A stretch of 64,000 nt of DNA from Candidatus Bathyarchaeota archaeon (GCA_963811105.1 CAWEPZ010000008.1:32001-96000); one strand, 5' to 3'; shown: positions 1 through 10,955, counted from the stretch's first letter. A program made the numbers and translations. The notes: generated from the letters alone by a model not told the origin.

Positions 1-323
1 GAGCTGCCAACTATGAAGGTTGTTAAGCTTGTTGGCGAAACCAATACTTCTTCCAGTGCCCAAGGATTAATCGTTTTCTGCACTAAGGTTAAGCTTTGAG
101 TTAAATAACTGCTAAAGGCTAAGCCGATAAGTAAGTACGTGGTTAAATTCATATTATAATTTTGAAGTACGCTTTGCATGGATGCATTTGATCCAAGATA
201 AGCAAACGATAGGGCACCAAAAACTGCCGTAAAAATAAGTATGGCCATGTTTGTCTTGTAAGTTGAGAAGCTGATTATGTCTCTCTTCATGAAATAATAG
301 ATTTTTTCGAGTTCCTCAAACAT
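1..323 (-). CDS. ABC-2 type transporter permease (5' part; runs off the window edge)
   Basis: Not in the ORF track. Manual translation from ATG at 323 gives MFEELEKIYYFMKRDIISFSTYKTNMAILIFTAVFGALSF...LEEVLVSPTS, hydrophobic and directly downstream of an ABC ATPase. Confidence 0.8.
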   Translation of the reverse strand, partial: MFEELEKIYYFMKRDIISFSTYKTNMAILIFTAVFGALSFAYLGSNASMQSVLQNYNMNLTTYLLIGLAFSSYLTQSLTLVQKTINPWALEEVLVSPTSLTTFIVGS

Positions 324-325
324 AT

Positions 326-1336
326 TTATGCTCTCTTCGTTAATTCGATAAAGGCATCTTCTAAAGTGGGCTCTTCCCGCTTGAAATTTACAAGCTTTAT
401 TTTTTGTTTGAATAAGAAATCAAAGATTGAAGGCAACTGATCAACATTTTTTAGTTCCACGCATAATGCCCTTTGATTAGGCGCCAAGTCACGTTCACTT
501 TTTTCTGTTAAGGTGATTACTCCTATTAAAGAACGCAACTGTTCAACTTGACTTTCGGTGATATCTTCGAGTAATAGGTAAATCAGTTCCTCTTTCTTTA
601 TTTTCGCCCTCAATGCACCCGGTGTGTCACAGGCAACTATTTTTCCCTGCTTTAGGATCCCTATCCTGCTGCAGATTTGGGCTGCCTCCTCAATATAATG
701 TGTGGTATAAAGCACTGTTTTGCCTGACTCCTCAACAGTCTTTTTAACAAATTCCCGAATATTCCTTGAAGATATAACATCTAAACCAGTTGTGGGTTCA
801 TCTAAAAGAATAACAGGCGGGTCGGGAAGCAGCGTTCGTGCAAGACTTAGTTTTCTCTTCATCCCGCCAGAATACCTTTGGTAGAGGTCAAAAGCGCTAT
901 TCTCCAAACCAACCAACTTCATCACTTCCAAAATTCGCTCATGCCGCTTCTGTCTTGGCACATTGTATATTGAAGCGAAAAACTCCAAATTTCTGTAACC
1001 GTTAAGTCTCCAAAAGAAACCTCTCTCTCCAACACTAAACAATGTACCCAAAGACTTCTTAACTTTCATTGGCTCTTTTACTATATCATAACCGTTGATT
1101 AGTGCCGTTCCTCCATCGGGAGGAAGAAGAGTGCATAGCATCTTGACCAGCGTTGTTTTTCCTGCACCGTTTGGACCAAGTAACCCGAAAAGCTCTCCTT
1201 TCTTAATTTCGATGTTGAGGTTGTCGATGGCGTTTACTGAAACAGTTTTGCGCCTAAAAAAACCAGTTTCGGAACTATTTTTTGATTTGAATGTTTTTGT
1301 CAGGTTAATCGTTTGGATGGCGTTTTCGTTTTGCAA
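326..1336 (-). CDS. ABC transporter ATP-binding protein (DrrA/NodI-like exporter)
   Basis: Walker A GPNGAGKT, signature YSGGMKRK, Walker B ILLDEPT, H-loop TTHY, C-terminal PTLEDAFI. Confidence 0.95.
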   Translation of the reverse strand: MQNENAIQTINLTKTFKSKNSSETGFFRRKTVSVNAIDNLNIEIKKGELFGLLGPNGAGKTTLVKMLCTLLPPDGGTALINGYDIVKEPMKVKKSLGTLFSVGERGFFWRLNGYRNLEFFASIYNVPRQKRHERILEVMKLVGLENSAFDLYQRYSGGMKRKLSLARTLLPDPPVILLDEPTTGLDVISSRNIREFVKKTVEESGKTVLYTTHYIEEAAQICSRIGILKQGKIVACDTPGALRAKIKKEELIYLLLEDITESQVEQLRSLIGVITLTEKSERDLAPNQRALCVELKNVDQLPSIFDFLFKQKIKLVNFKREEPTLEDAFIELTKRA

Positions 1337-1408
1337 TCATTAAACCTCGAGTCTTGCCTGATTTACCATAATTATCAATCTAATAATGTTGCATAAATTG
1401 TTTAAATC

Positions 1409-2341
1409 TTAGAATTTGTGAATCCATGGAAGAAGTTGCTGTGCATTCTCTGGTTTTTCTGTAAGAGGCAATTGCAAGTAAGCGCCGTGCCTATTGAAGT
1501 ATGGTGCGCCTTTCCTTGAAAACAGAGTTAAAACTCTGCCGTGATGGTTAATTTTGAAGCCCTCCTCGCTTGATTCATGACCCCGGATAAGGATTTTAGC
1601 GTTCAAATTCCCAAGAACCTCCTCGGTTACTTTTCTTCCAAAAAGCTTTCCGGCACCCCTCGGCGAAGCTGAGACGCCCTGCAAACGCTCCTTTGGGTCG
1701 CTCCAAAGCAAATCTTCAAGCAAAGCTTCGTTTTGTTTTTCTTGAGCTTGGGCAATATCTTGGAGATTATTGATTTCTGGCGACACGCCACCGTGAACCA
1801 TCAAGTAGCGATCCTTAACGAACAAGGCGTTATAGAAATAAGCCCACAAAGATTGGATCTTCTCGTAGGCTATCTCCCAGTCTTCGCCAAACCTGTTTTG
1901 GAATTGAAAAGGCAAATCATGTGGTTCACCTATCAGATTTTTTGGGGCTTCATGGTTCCCCCGCAACAGAATTACTTGTTTTGGAAAAACAAGCTTAAGC
2001 TTCAAAACTGCATAGTAGACTTCAGCAGATTTTATGCCTCGGTCTCCATAGTCGCCTAAGAATATCAGTGTGGCATCCTCATTTTTCTCCATTACCTCTA
2101 AAAAATGGCTTTCTTGAAGGATAATTACTAAACTTTCTAAATCTCCATGTAAATCGCCAACGACTAATGCTTCGCCTAACGGTTCAAGTGTAACTAAACG
2201 ATTCACAATTGTTAGATTGCCCACTTGCCCAGTTTCGTCCCGCAACAGGGATGTGACTGTTTCAACTGATTTGATGAATACATCGCTTGGAGCCCCTAAT
2301 GCTTCTCCAATAAGTGAAGACAAATCCAAAGGACGCGCCAC
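1409..2341 (-). CDS. Serine/threonine protein phosphatase, PPP family metallophosphoesterase
   Basis: Motifs GDLHG, GDYGDRG, RGNHE, HGG, LLWSDP, RGHE, TLFS. Confidence 0.92.
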   Translation of the reverse strand: MARPLDLSSLIGEALGAPSDVFIKSVETVTSLLRDETGQVGNLTIVNRLVTLEPLGEALVVGDLHGDLESLVIILQESHFLEVMEKNEDATLIFLGDYGDRGIKSAEVYYAVLKLKLVFPKQVILLRGNHEAPKNLIGEPHDLPFQFQNRFGEDWEIAYEKIQSLWAYFYNALFVKDRYLMVHGGVSPEINNLQDIAQAQEKQNEALLEDLLWSDPKERLQGVSASPRGAGKLFGRKVTEEVLGNLNAKILIRGHESSEEGFKINHHGRVLTLFSRKGAPYFNRHGAYLQLPLTEKPENAQQLLPWIHKF

Positions 2342-3594
2342 TACGATATTTGAACTTTAATGTTAATTGAATTAAGTATGTTTCTTTCAATGGATCGCTT
2401 TAGACTAGTGATTTTGTCAACTGCGTCATCATAGGAGTTTTCCTTAACAGTTTCATGCGTTTCGATACTTGTTTTCCTGGCTTTAAGCAAGTCAACCTGT
2501 TCTTGAAAAGTGTTGAGACTTTGCTTTATCTCGTCCATTTTCGCAGAAGCAATCAGCAATTCCTTTGTGTTTGCCATTTCCTTGCTTCTGATTTGGAGCT
2601 TCGCAAGCGAGTTTTGTTTTAGAATTTCCTTTATTGACTGCTCAGCTTTGCGTGCTTTATCCTGTTTTAGTTTCAATTTGTCTTCTGCAATTAAACCTTC
2701 AAGCTTCTGCAAAATCTCTTTTAGCAATGGGTAATCGTCTAGTTCGCTTGTTAGCGCTTCGAAAGGTGTCTCTAAATAATGGTTGACTTTGCTGAGCTCA
2801 TCTGGAGTTACTCCTGCTCCGCCTCCCGATATAGCTAATGCTTGCATTTTAATGAAGGGTTTTTGCAGATGCCTAAGCGAATATTTCAATTCGTTGCTTA
2901 ATGTGTCTATTTCAGCATTAACCATGTTTAGCTTATCAATTGGTCCTTTGTTTTTTAATTCATAAATTCTTAATTCCAATTCAGCGATATCTCTCTCTAC
3001 AGGCAAGCGCTCATTCTTTATTTGTTCTTTTTCCTGACCGATGACCTCAAGTTGCTTTTGCACATTTTGTAGCTCGTTCAGTTGCTGTAAAGCTTCTTCC
3101 AAAGTTTTAGTTTTGACGTACTCTTTAGTTAAGAATTCGTTTAACGATTGATTTGCTACCTTAGCCCTTTCATATATTGCTAAGAACTTTCTTCTGTCCA
3201 TGATGAAGAAGGGTGAAATTCGAGGAAACCAATTCTTGATGTCGATATCCATGACTAACATTACCTTTTGAATTTCTTGAACATACCTGCTTAGTGTGTC
3301 ATAACTGATTTCATCAGGCGTCGCAATCTTTTTGAGACGGTCAAGAAACAAATGTGAAAGCTTGTTGAGGGCTCTGGCCCGATTATAAACTTTCATATTT
3401 CTTTTTTCGATTTCTCGTGTGCTGTTATCTAAAAGGATCTTGCTGATGTCGCCAACGCCTTGAAGCGCCATGTTCATGTCATCTCTTAGTTTTTTGGCTT
3501 GGGCGTGTACAGGCGAGAGGATGGAGCTTGTTTGGTTTTCAAGCCAGCGTTTAACCTCGCTTGTATTGGAGAACTGAATTGCTTCCGTCAACAT
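2341..3594 (-). CDS. Long coiled-coil hypothetical protein
   Basis: 417 aa, K/E/L/Q-rich heptad character; stop codon overlaps the phosphatase start. Confidence 0.75.
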   Translation of the reverse strand: MLTEAIQFSNTSEVKRWLENQTSSILSPVHAQAKKLRDDMNMALQGVGDISKILLDNSTREIEKRNMKVYNRARALNKLSHLFLDRLKKIATPDEISYDTLSRYVQEIQKVMLVMDIDIKNWFPRISPFFIMDRRKFLAIYERAKVANQSLNEFLTKEYVKTKTLEEALQQLNELQNVQKQLEVIGQEKEQIKNERLPVERDIAELELRIYELKNKGPIDKLNMVNAEIDTLSNELKYSLRHLQKPFIKMQALAISGGGAGVTPDELSKVNHYLETPFEALTSELDDYPLLKEILQKLEGLIAEDKLKLKQDKARKAEQSIKEILKQNSLAKLQIRSKEMANTKELLIASAKMDEIKQSLNTFQEQVDLLKARKTSIETHETVKENSYDDAVDKITSLKRSIERNILNSINIKVQIS

Positions 3595-3707
3595 TATTCC
3601 CTGTACAATAGTGTTTATGAGGGCTTATTTATCAATTTTAGCCTAAATTTCACCGCCTTTCAACAAACTCATTTTTGAGTAGCTACTCTTAAATAGCTAA
3701 CGGCTGA

Positions 3708-4328
3708 ATGAAACAACCGAGAAGGGAACTATTATTGAACGCAAAAAAATTGGCATTTATAGTGATGATGGGAGCACTTGGTAATGTCCTATTTGCAGTC
3801 AGTTACTTTGCAGGACCAATAGCTCCTGGAATAGCTCTGGATTTCTCATTAATGGCTGTATTCATAGCCGGTTTTTTCGTGGGACCCACCGAAGGCATAG
3901 TCACAGGAGTTATCGCAGGAATATTGCCTGGGATAATGTTTGGGCCAGCAGGAACAGGCGGATGGTTAGGACTCATTGGCTTACCGCTCGGAAAAGCCCT
4001 AACAGGCTTAACAGCTGGGTTAGTCGGAAAAAGCATAAACTTGCAAAAACCGCGCTTTTCCCTTCTCGGAATTCCGCTGACTTTAGCGGCATATATTCCA
4101 GAAGCAATATTCACTTATGCCTACTTTGCGTTTTTACTTCCGCTATTCATACCTACCCAGCTACTTGGAAACGCAGTCATAATCACTATCTTGATAAAAG
4201 CGGTCGGTGAAGTGCTCATAATGGGCTTCGTAATAGCGGCATTGCTCGGAAACAAAGGCTTCAATAGTTTCATCCATTCATTTTTCGGTAAGCCACAAAA
4301 AACACTAACAAATGTGACTGCCCCATAA
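3708..4328 (+). CDS. ECF transporter S component-like membrane protein
   Basis: About 6 TM segments, N-terminal LAFIVMMGAL, DFS...AGFFVGP..G motif typical of S components. Confidence 0.7.
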   Translation: MKQPRRELLLNAKKLAFIVMMGALGNVLFAVSYFAGPIAPGIALDFSLMAVFIAGFFVGPTEGIVTGVIAGILPGIMFGPAGTGGWLGLIGLPLGKALTGLTAGLVGKSINLQKPRFSLLGIPLTLAAYIPEAIFTYAYFAFLLPLFIPTQLLGNAVIITILIKAVGEVLIMGFVIAALLGNKGFNSFIHSFFGKPQKTLTNVTAP

Positions 4329-4353
4329 AACGTTTTTTTTAACGAAAAGAAAT

Positions 4354-5313
4354 TTAGAATCCTAAGGATTGCGCTAGCACCTTAGGGTTGATTTGTCCTG
4401 CTTTGAAGGTTCTTCCAGTTTTAGCATTGTTAATTATTAGTATTGCTGGGGCGAATAAGCCGTGGTCTATTTTGTAGAAGTCTTTGTCTGCTTCTCGGAA
4501 AATCTGCAGGAATGGTTTACCGTAATCTTTTGAAGCCATTGATGGCGCCTGCTGCATAATATTTTGCAGAGCTGCTTCATCATCATGGTCAACTGTGCAG
4601 TACACTGTTCCTCCGTAGAGGATGGCGTCGTTTGTTCGTGCCATTGCAACTTCAAAATCTGTCCCCAGCGGCGGGATAGGTGCATATCCAAACGCGTGAC
4701 GGATAACCTTGGGGCTTAAGCCAAGAGTACGAAGCTTATGAATACCTACTTCAACTACTCTTCCAGCAACCTGAGTTAATCCAGCAATACTTGCGGTTGG
4801 AGCAACAACGATAATTAGGTTTTCTGTTTTGATATTGCTTGCAATTGTCACTTTTTCAATTAGCACATCTGAGGGCAAAGTGTTGCTTTCCAAAGTAAGC
4901 ACCGCTTTGTCGCTTTGATCTCTGTAGCCAATTTCCTCAAAAATGTCTTTAGGCTTCAGGGCCAAGGCGCGAACTGGGCCTGACCCGATAGCTATTTGGT
5001 CACCGTCTTTTATGCGCCAGCCAGCAAACTGAGAGCCTAACGCTGCAATCGCCGGGTGATCTGTGCTGACAGTGATTGATGGGAAGGTTAAGTCGCCGTA
5101 GGATTTGAATCCAAGTTGAGCTTTTCCAACGCCTCCCATGCAGAGTTCGGTTAGTTTTTTGCCTGCTTGAAAGCCTCCGGGAGCCTTGACTCCCGCGTCG
5201 ATTACGGTGGCTCCAGCAGTTGATTTTGAGACTGTTACACCGTAAAATTCTGGGTTATCGATAAGTTTTTGGGCTATTTTCCAAGCCATTTGGTTTACGC
5301 TTAACGTAGCCAT
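4354..5313 (-). CDS. mch: Methenyltetrahydromethanopterin cyclohydrolase
   Basis: DAGV..PGG, CMGG, GSQFAGW, GSGPVRALA, PTASIAG..QV.GRVVE, RTNDAILYGG, DYGKPF, DFYKID..LFAPA. Confidence 0.97.
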   Translation of the reverse strand: MATLSVNQMAWKIAQKLIDNPEFYGVTVSKSTAGATVIDAGVKAPGGFQAGKKLTELCMGGVGKAQLGFKSYGDLTFPSITVSTDHPAIAALGSQFAGWRIKDGDQIAIGSGPVRALALKPKDIFEEIGYRDQSDKAVLTLESNTLPSDVLIEKVTIASNIKTENLIIVVAPTASIAGLTQVAGRVVEVGIHKLRTLGLSPKVIRHAFGYAPIPPLGTDFEVAMARTNDAILYGGTVYCTVDHDDEAALQNIMQQAPSMASKDYGKPFLQIFREADKDFYKIDHGLFAPAILIINNAKTGRTFKAGQINPKVLAQSLGF

Positions 5314-5385
5314 GACTTTTCACTTCATCTAGCGTATTGTTGATTTGTTTTTTCATATTAACTTAACGCTGAAAATGCTCAAGTG

Positions 5386-6333
5386 CTACGGTCTGTATCC
5401 GTTAAGAGTGCAAAGCGCCAAAGCTGCTGCCGTCAAATCCGCGGTAGTCCCAGGATTACACTTGTTTTGGGATAAACGCAGTTTCTTATCGAGCTCTTTG
5501 AGAGTTTTTGTACCTTCTTCGGTTTCTAAACCACCAAGCTCTAAAACAGCCTTTGCCTCCTGTGACACTTCTTGCGCTTTTTTGATGCCGACTTTTCTTG
5601 CTATGAAGGTGTCAGGGCGATTTGACAGAATTTTTAGGAAAGAGTGAACGACGGCAGTGTTAAAAGGCTTAGTTTTTAGCTGTTCAGTAAGGTATGGGTA
5701 GGCTAAATCGAAGGTTATGGGATAATTGTTTATCCATTCATAGCAGATGTCATCGTAGTTTTCGCCGATTTTGAAAACCTCAAACAAAGTGACGTTATCT
5801 CGCATCAAGAGTTCTTTGGAAGCGGGGTCGGTTACATCAAGTTCAATCGATTTGTTAAGACCACTCGGACTAGCTATATCTACTGCCTCATAGAGGTGTA
5901 CGGAATCCCAAGCGGTTGTTGCTCTAATGACAAGATCAATATTTTTGCGCAATTGAGAGAAGTCGAAGCTTTCATTTTTTTTGGTTAGTGTCATTCCTGC
6001 GGCGACAGCAATTGGCATAAACAGCATTATGGTGCCGAGAATCGTGTTTCCACCCCTCTGCCAATCGTTAACGTCGCTCGCGCAGGTTTTGACAAGTTGA
6101 CCCAGACCTACTTCACCGATACCAAGCTTGTTTTTGGCCACTAAAGCTCCTCGAATTGCCGCTTCTTGGATAGTTGTCCCTGCAGCAATGGCTGAAGCCA
6201 AAAAATGTTGGCACGTTGTCTTCTCAAAACTCGATGTTAGATTGACGTTACCGGGCTTTTCTGCACTGACCTCTAAGAGTATAGCCAATTGGAGGCATTT
6301 TGAGATGTGTTGTGCTTTTTCTTGGTTACTCAT
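5386..6333 (-). CDS. citG: Triphosphoribosyl-dephospho-CoA synthase-like protein (CitG family)
   Basis: LLEVSAEKPGNV, GNTILG, PDTFIARKVG, NPGTTADL; likely start MSNQ at 6333. Confidence 0.85.
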   Translation of the reverse strand: MSNQEKAQHISKCLQLAILLEVSAEKPGNVNLTSSFEKTTCQHFLASAIAAGTTIQEAAIRGALVAKNKLGIGEVGLGQLVKTCASDVNDWQRGGNTILGTIMLFMPIAVAAGMTLTKKNESFDFSQLRKNIDLVIRATTAWDSVHLYEAVDIASPSGLNKSIELDVTDPASKELLMRDNVTLFEVFKIGENYDDICYEWINNYPITFDLAYPYLTEQLKTKPFNTAVVHSFLKILSNRPDTFIARKVGIKKAQEVSQEAKAVLELGGLETEEGTKTLKELDKKLRLSQNKCNPGTTADLTAAALALCTLNGYRP

Positions 6334-6429
6334 AGTTCTACGTGTAAAGTGGTTTAAAGAAGGTTTATTAAACTTTGCAAAAAAGTACAAGCATTCGAAA
6401 AACACATAGATTAGACTTGAGGGATAAGT

Positions 6430-7449
6430 TTGAAGGCTCGTGAAGGCGACTTAATCAAAACAAAGAGTAATGTGGTTTTTGACGTTAAAGGTTTAGTTCA
6501 CCCCGCAGACAAAATTATTGCTTTTCCCCGCTTTATTCCTTCACCGATGGGTACCAGAAGGGGTGATAACGGTGCCTATGGCAAAGTCTACAACCTCGGT
6601 GACAGGTTCAAGTATCTGCAAGAAAACCAGCCTGATCTCATCGTTTTTGACCCTGTCTTCGGCGAAACAATGTGCGAAGTCCCAGTTACAGATATAGCTG
6701 AGCAGTATAAACCTGAAGAAAAACTTTGGTCGCTGCGTTCATCCAAAGATCTTACGGTTTTGGAGAACAAGGCTTTGCAGCTGGCTGAACTCCTGAAGGT
6801 AGAGGCCGCCATTCCCTGGAGCAGCATTGGGATTTCTGGGTCGATCATGGCGGGTTTAACTACTGATAAATCAGACATTGATCCATTAATTTATGGGGTG
6901 GAGAACTGTCGAAAAGCCTACGCTGCACTGCAGGAGTTGCTGGGGAAGTCGGATTCTGGGTTCAAACCTTACAGCCGAGAAGAACTTGTGGAACTTTTCG
7001 ATTTTCGTTCGAAAGACACACAAATGAGCTTAGAAGACTTCGTTTTAGTCGAAAGTCGCAAGGCGTTTCAAGGCAAATTCATGGGAACTGACTATTTTAT
7101 TCGTTTCGTGAAGGAATGGAACGAAATAAACGAACATTATGGGGATGTGTGGTTCAAGAACAGTGGCTATGCAAAAGTAACCGCCAAAATAGCCGATGCC
7201 ACCGACTCGCTTTTCACTCCGTGCACCTACAAGCTTCAAGATGTCCGAGTTGTTGAAGGACCCAAATTGGCCCCAATAACTGAAATTGTTTCTTTCCGCG
7301 GCAGGTTCTGTGAGCAAGCAGCAAACGGCGAAGCGGTTGAGGCTCAGGGAAAAGTTGAATTAGTAACCAACAGGAAAATGGGCTGCGAATATTTCCGTTT
7401 GATATTGGGCAATAAGCCGTCGGATTATTTGGTTCTTTCACATGGTTAA
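6430..7449 (+). CDS. Predicted pol-beta superfamily nucleotidyltransferase (COG1665-like), paralog 1
   Basis: REGD..T...VFDVKG..HP N-terminus; GISGS...SDIDPLIYG catalytic motif; C-terminal OB-like VSFRGRFCEQA..GE.VEA.GKVE. Confidence 0.85.
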   Translation: MKAREGDLIKTKSNVVFDVKGLVHPADKIIAFPRFIPSPMGTRRGDNGAYGKVYNLGDRFKYLQENQPDLIVFDPVFGETMCEVPVTDIAEQYKPEEKLWSLRSSKDLTVLENKALQLAELLKVEAAIPWSSIGISGSIMAGLTTDKSDIDPLIYGVENCRKAYAALQELLGKSDSGFKPYSREELVELFDFRSKDTQMSLEDFVLVESRKAFQGKFMGTDYFIRFVKEWNEINEHYGDVWFKNSGYAKVTAKIADATDSLFTPCTYKLQDVRVVEGPKLAPITEIVSFRGRFCEQAANGEAVEAQGKVELVTNRKMGCEYFRLILGNKPSDYLVLSHG

Positions 7450-8519
7450 TGCTGCACTTTGAGGACTTGTTCGTAGTAGCGTGGACAGTAGGTTAAGGTA
7501 ATCTGGTAGCATGTTTCTCTTGGTGTTGTGACTTCTTCAAGGTTGCCTTCAACAATTATGACTTCGTCTTTTTGGGCTTGCTGGCGGAACTCTTCCATGA
7601 AAGAGATAACCCGCCGTGCCTGAAGTCCAACTGGGTCACCGCTTAAAACTTCCAAGGCTTTGATGCCGTAAATTGATGGAATAAAGGGTGCTTCACCGTC
7701 CGACGTGACTTTGGCTTTTAGTTTTATCCAGCCTTTAGATGTAATTTTCGTTTTTGGGTCGTATTCAGATTTAATTTCGCCCCAAGCCTTCACCGGTTCA
7801 AACTCAGCTTTGATAGTTCTGCCGCTGGCTTTATCATCATATAACCCGTAGATTTGTTTTCTTCGCTGATGCCAAACAAAGTCTTCAGTAGTGAAGTTTT
7901 TAAACCGCCAATCCTTACCCGCCATGGCTTTATCTGATTCAAACTCGTTAGTCAAACACGAACGCTTATCAGCATACAAGGCTTCAAGCGCTTTTCGCAT
8001 TTTGCAATTTTCATTTTTGCCATAAACCACAAGATCGATATCTGAGAATTTTGGGTGATGAAAACCATGCAACATGGAGCCGAAAACTCCGAAGTTTGAA
8101 GTTTTTAACCCTGATTTTTTGGTTACTTTATCAAGCACTTTTTGCATTGCTAAGATGAGTTCATCTTTTGATTCAGTTCTAATTATTTCTTGCAATCTTT
8201 CTTCTGGTTTTCTTGTTTGCGCGATTTCAGCTTCATTTATGCCAATAACTTTTCGGCGCAGCATGTCGTGATAAACGGTGTATTTTTGGAAAGAGTTGGC
8301 AATTAGTTTCCATCCTTCATCGTTATAGAATTTGTAGAAGATTTTGTTTCTGCCTGTTCTTTGCGCTCGAGCGTCATTTGAGGTGAAAATGTTTGAAGAG
8401 GCATATTCAGCATCACAAATGTATGCTTGTGGCGGGTGAGAGTATCCAAAGACGCGGAAAATCAAGCCTTCACTCGTCTCTATACCGTCTCGGTCACGCA
8501 GTTTTATGCTATTGGCCAT
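7446..8519 (-). CDS. Predicted nucleotidyltransferase (COG1665-like), paralog 2
   Basis: LRDRD..T.EGLIFRVFGY.HP; GVFGS...SDIDLVVYG; EEFRQQA..DE.IIVEG.LEEV. Confidence 0.85.
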   Translation of the reverse strand: MANSIKLRDRDGIETSEGLIFRVFGYSHPPQAYICDAEYASSNIFTSNDARAQRTGRNKIFYKFYNDEGWKLIANSFQKYTVYHDMLRRKVIGINEAEIAQTRKPEERLQEIIRTESKDELILAMQKVLDKVTKKSGLKTSNFGVFGSMLHGFHHPKFSDIDLVVYGKNENCKMRKALEALYADKRSCLTNEFESDKAMAGKDWRFKNFTTEDFVWHQRRKQIYGLYDDKASGRTIKAEFEPVKAWGEIKSEYDPKTKITSKGWIKLKAKVTSDGEAPFIPSIYGIKALEVLSGDPVGLQARRVISFMEEFRQQAQKDEVIIVEGNLEEVTTPRETCYQITLTYCPRYYEQVLKVQH

Positions 8520-9541
8520 ATGTATTCTTCCTCTGATGTTGCTGTTCCAACAACCACTTGATAATAAACTTCATCTGAAGTTGTTGATTCCACTCGTTCC
8601 AGTTTGCCCGCGACTTTAATCTCGCTTCCTTTGCGGGCTATGTTTCTGTAGCAGCCTATATTTGAAACAACCTGAACTGGAATTTTGTCTAAATCAAGCT
8701 CTGACTGCTCATCTTGCGGTTTGTAGCCTGAAATCTTGTATATAGCTGGACGATACATAGTTTCAGTATCATCGCAAACAGTTGCTTGGAATCGCACCGG
8801 GTCAAGCGGAATATAGCGGTAGGCTCCATATTTCTCCTTGACTTGTTCAGTTTTTTTGGTAGCGTTATACATGAAGATTTTGCCCAGGTATTTTCCCTGG
8901 AATTTTCTTGCAGCTTCCAACCGGTTGCCGATAATGTAACTTAATTTTGCAGTAGTTAACAAGCCTGGCTATAGCCTCTTCCACTAAACGGAAGTTTTCT
9001 GTGCCGTAAATAACGAAATCTATGTCTGATTCTGGTGCATGCATGTTCAAGGCGATGGAACCGTGGACTCCAAAATCTCTTAAATAGTATGTCCTGATTC
9101 CTTTGATATTAAATGAATTAGGCTCAGAGCCATTTGTTGGAGTTTGTCTTTTTTTGGCAGGTTTTGCAGCCAGACCAAGCGGTCTTTGGGAACAAAAACC
9201 TGCTGGATTAATTCGAGGGGTGCAGTGATTAATTCTTTGTTTCGGTAGGGGCAGAAGTAAAGGTAATCGGGAAAGTTTTTGCGGAAAGCTTCAATAAAAG
9301 TCTGGTAGTTTTTTGCAGTGTAGAGTTTTTCTGCTCTGAAAAGCTGGTTATCGCCAAACGTCCAGGTTCTCTCCAACATTTCAACGTCAAAAAGCTCCTT
9401 GTATTTGGCTGGGATATATTTGAGGAATGCGAAAACGCGGTCGTCTGGATGCTCGTACCCAAAAGTGTTGAGTATAAAGCCATCTTTGGTTACGAAGGTG
9501 TCTCCATCCATTGGAACCCAGATATCTTCAGTTATATTCAT
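8504..9541 (-). CDS. Predicted nucleotidyltransferase (COG1665-like), paralog 3, split by indels
   Basis: ORFs 9080-9541, 8865-9050 and 8504-8962 join into one protein ([15 protein letters not shown]; GVHGS...SDIDFVIYG; [17 protein letters not shown]). Breaks near 9090 and 8955 look like single-base errors. Confidence 0.8.
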
Positions 9542-9610
9542 GCCCCGCGGAATAAGATTAAAAGTGAAGATTAAAAAAGTTATTGCATTAAACGAATCTT
9601 GAGATAGAGC

Positions 9611-10955
9611 TTAATAATATTTTTTTGCCATTTTCTTTGCTTCAATAGCTTCTGGTGAATTGTCGTCCAATGTGTCTGGGGTCTTTTGCTGTTCTTCTAG
9701 ATTTTCTTTGGAGGTGTTTATTTTGTTTTTCGCGTTCTCTTTCTTTGTTTTCTTAAGTGCATTGGCAATATATTTGTTTAATTCAATATTTTTTATTATT
9801 TTATCGGATAGGGTTTCGGGTGCGTAAGCTAACGGCAGAATTGCTATAAACAAGAAGATAGCTGCAAAGGAAAAAACCGATTTTTCGCCTCCCATGACTG
9901 CAGCTATGTCTGTGCCAACAATAATACGCGTAATGTTTGAGAGAAGGTATGGCAATATGCCTAGGACATAATATTTTTCGCTGCTTTTTTCCTGTGCTAT
10001 GTCTCCCCAAATTGTAAATATGAATAGCATGGAAAATACGCCCCAGGCAATACCATCCACGCATACGTAAAACCAAGCGGTAAGGTAGCCGCCGAAAGTC
10101 AAGCTTGCATAGCCTAATCCTAATAGGGCAAATGCTATCAAAGCTAAGCGTTTTCGACCACTCTTGTCAGCTAGAACTCCACAAACTATAGCAGATACTC
10201 CTGCCAAAATATTTTCGATAAGTATAAAATTTTGACCAAAAAATACAGGGAATTGGTTACTACCAAAGTAATTAGAGTTCATTTTTTGTGTTAAGTCGTT
10301 GATAAGAGAGAACATGAACCATGGCACAATGTACAGCAGAAAAGTCTTATTTGAAATAATTGAACGGTAAGATACGCGGTCTTTTGGGGCCAATTCTTTT
10401 TCAGGAAGCTTCAAACGTGTGAGTAAAATTAATCCTATAATCAGCCAAATTGATAAAGTGCTGGCTGTAATTAGAGTTTGAGCGGTTCCTACTGATGGAC
10501 AGAATGAAGAAGCCTAAGGCCATTAAAAGAATTATTATACCGCTAAACTTAGCGCGATTTTGTGGCTCGGTGTTTGCGGTATAGTATCCTATGCACACGG
10601 GCATTCCAAGCCCGAAATAGACACCTAAAACACTTGCAAGTATCAAGAGTATTGTGAAGCCTGCCAAATTGATAAATGCAAATAATAATGAAAGCAAAAC
10701 ACCTGCAAGCACCCAATACTTAAGGAAAACTAGGCGTTGCTTGAATCTGCCAAATGATGTTGAGATTACTGCTGATAAAACCAAAGCGAAGAAATTAACG
10801 GCAACTACGGACAGTAGATCTTCTGGACGGGCGGCATCTTTTAGAAAAGTATATGTGGTAAGATACCACACAAAGACGTTCGCTACTAAAAAAGTACTGA
10901 CTAACGTGTTCTTTGATGTTGATTGAAGCTTCTTAATGATCCCGTGGTTTAGCAT
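9611..10955 (-). CDS. MFS transporter, split by one frameshift near 10490
   Basis: Two hydrophobic halves; motif A-like GVLADKSGRKR; the frames join after removing one base. Confidence 0.8.
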
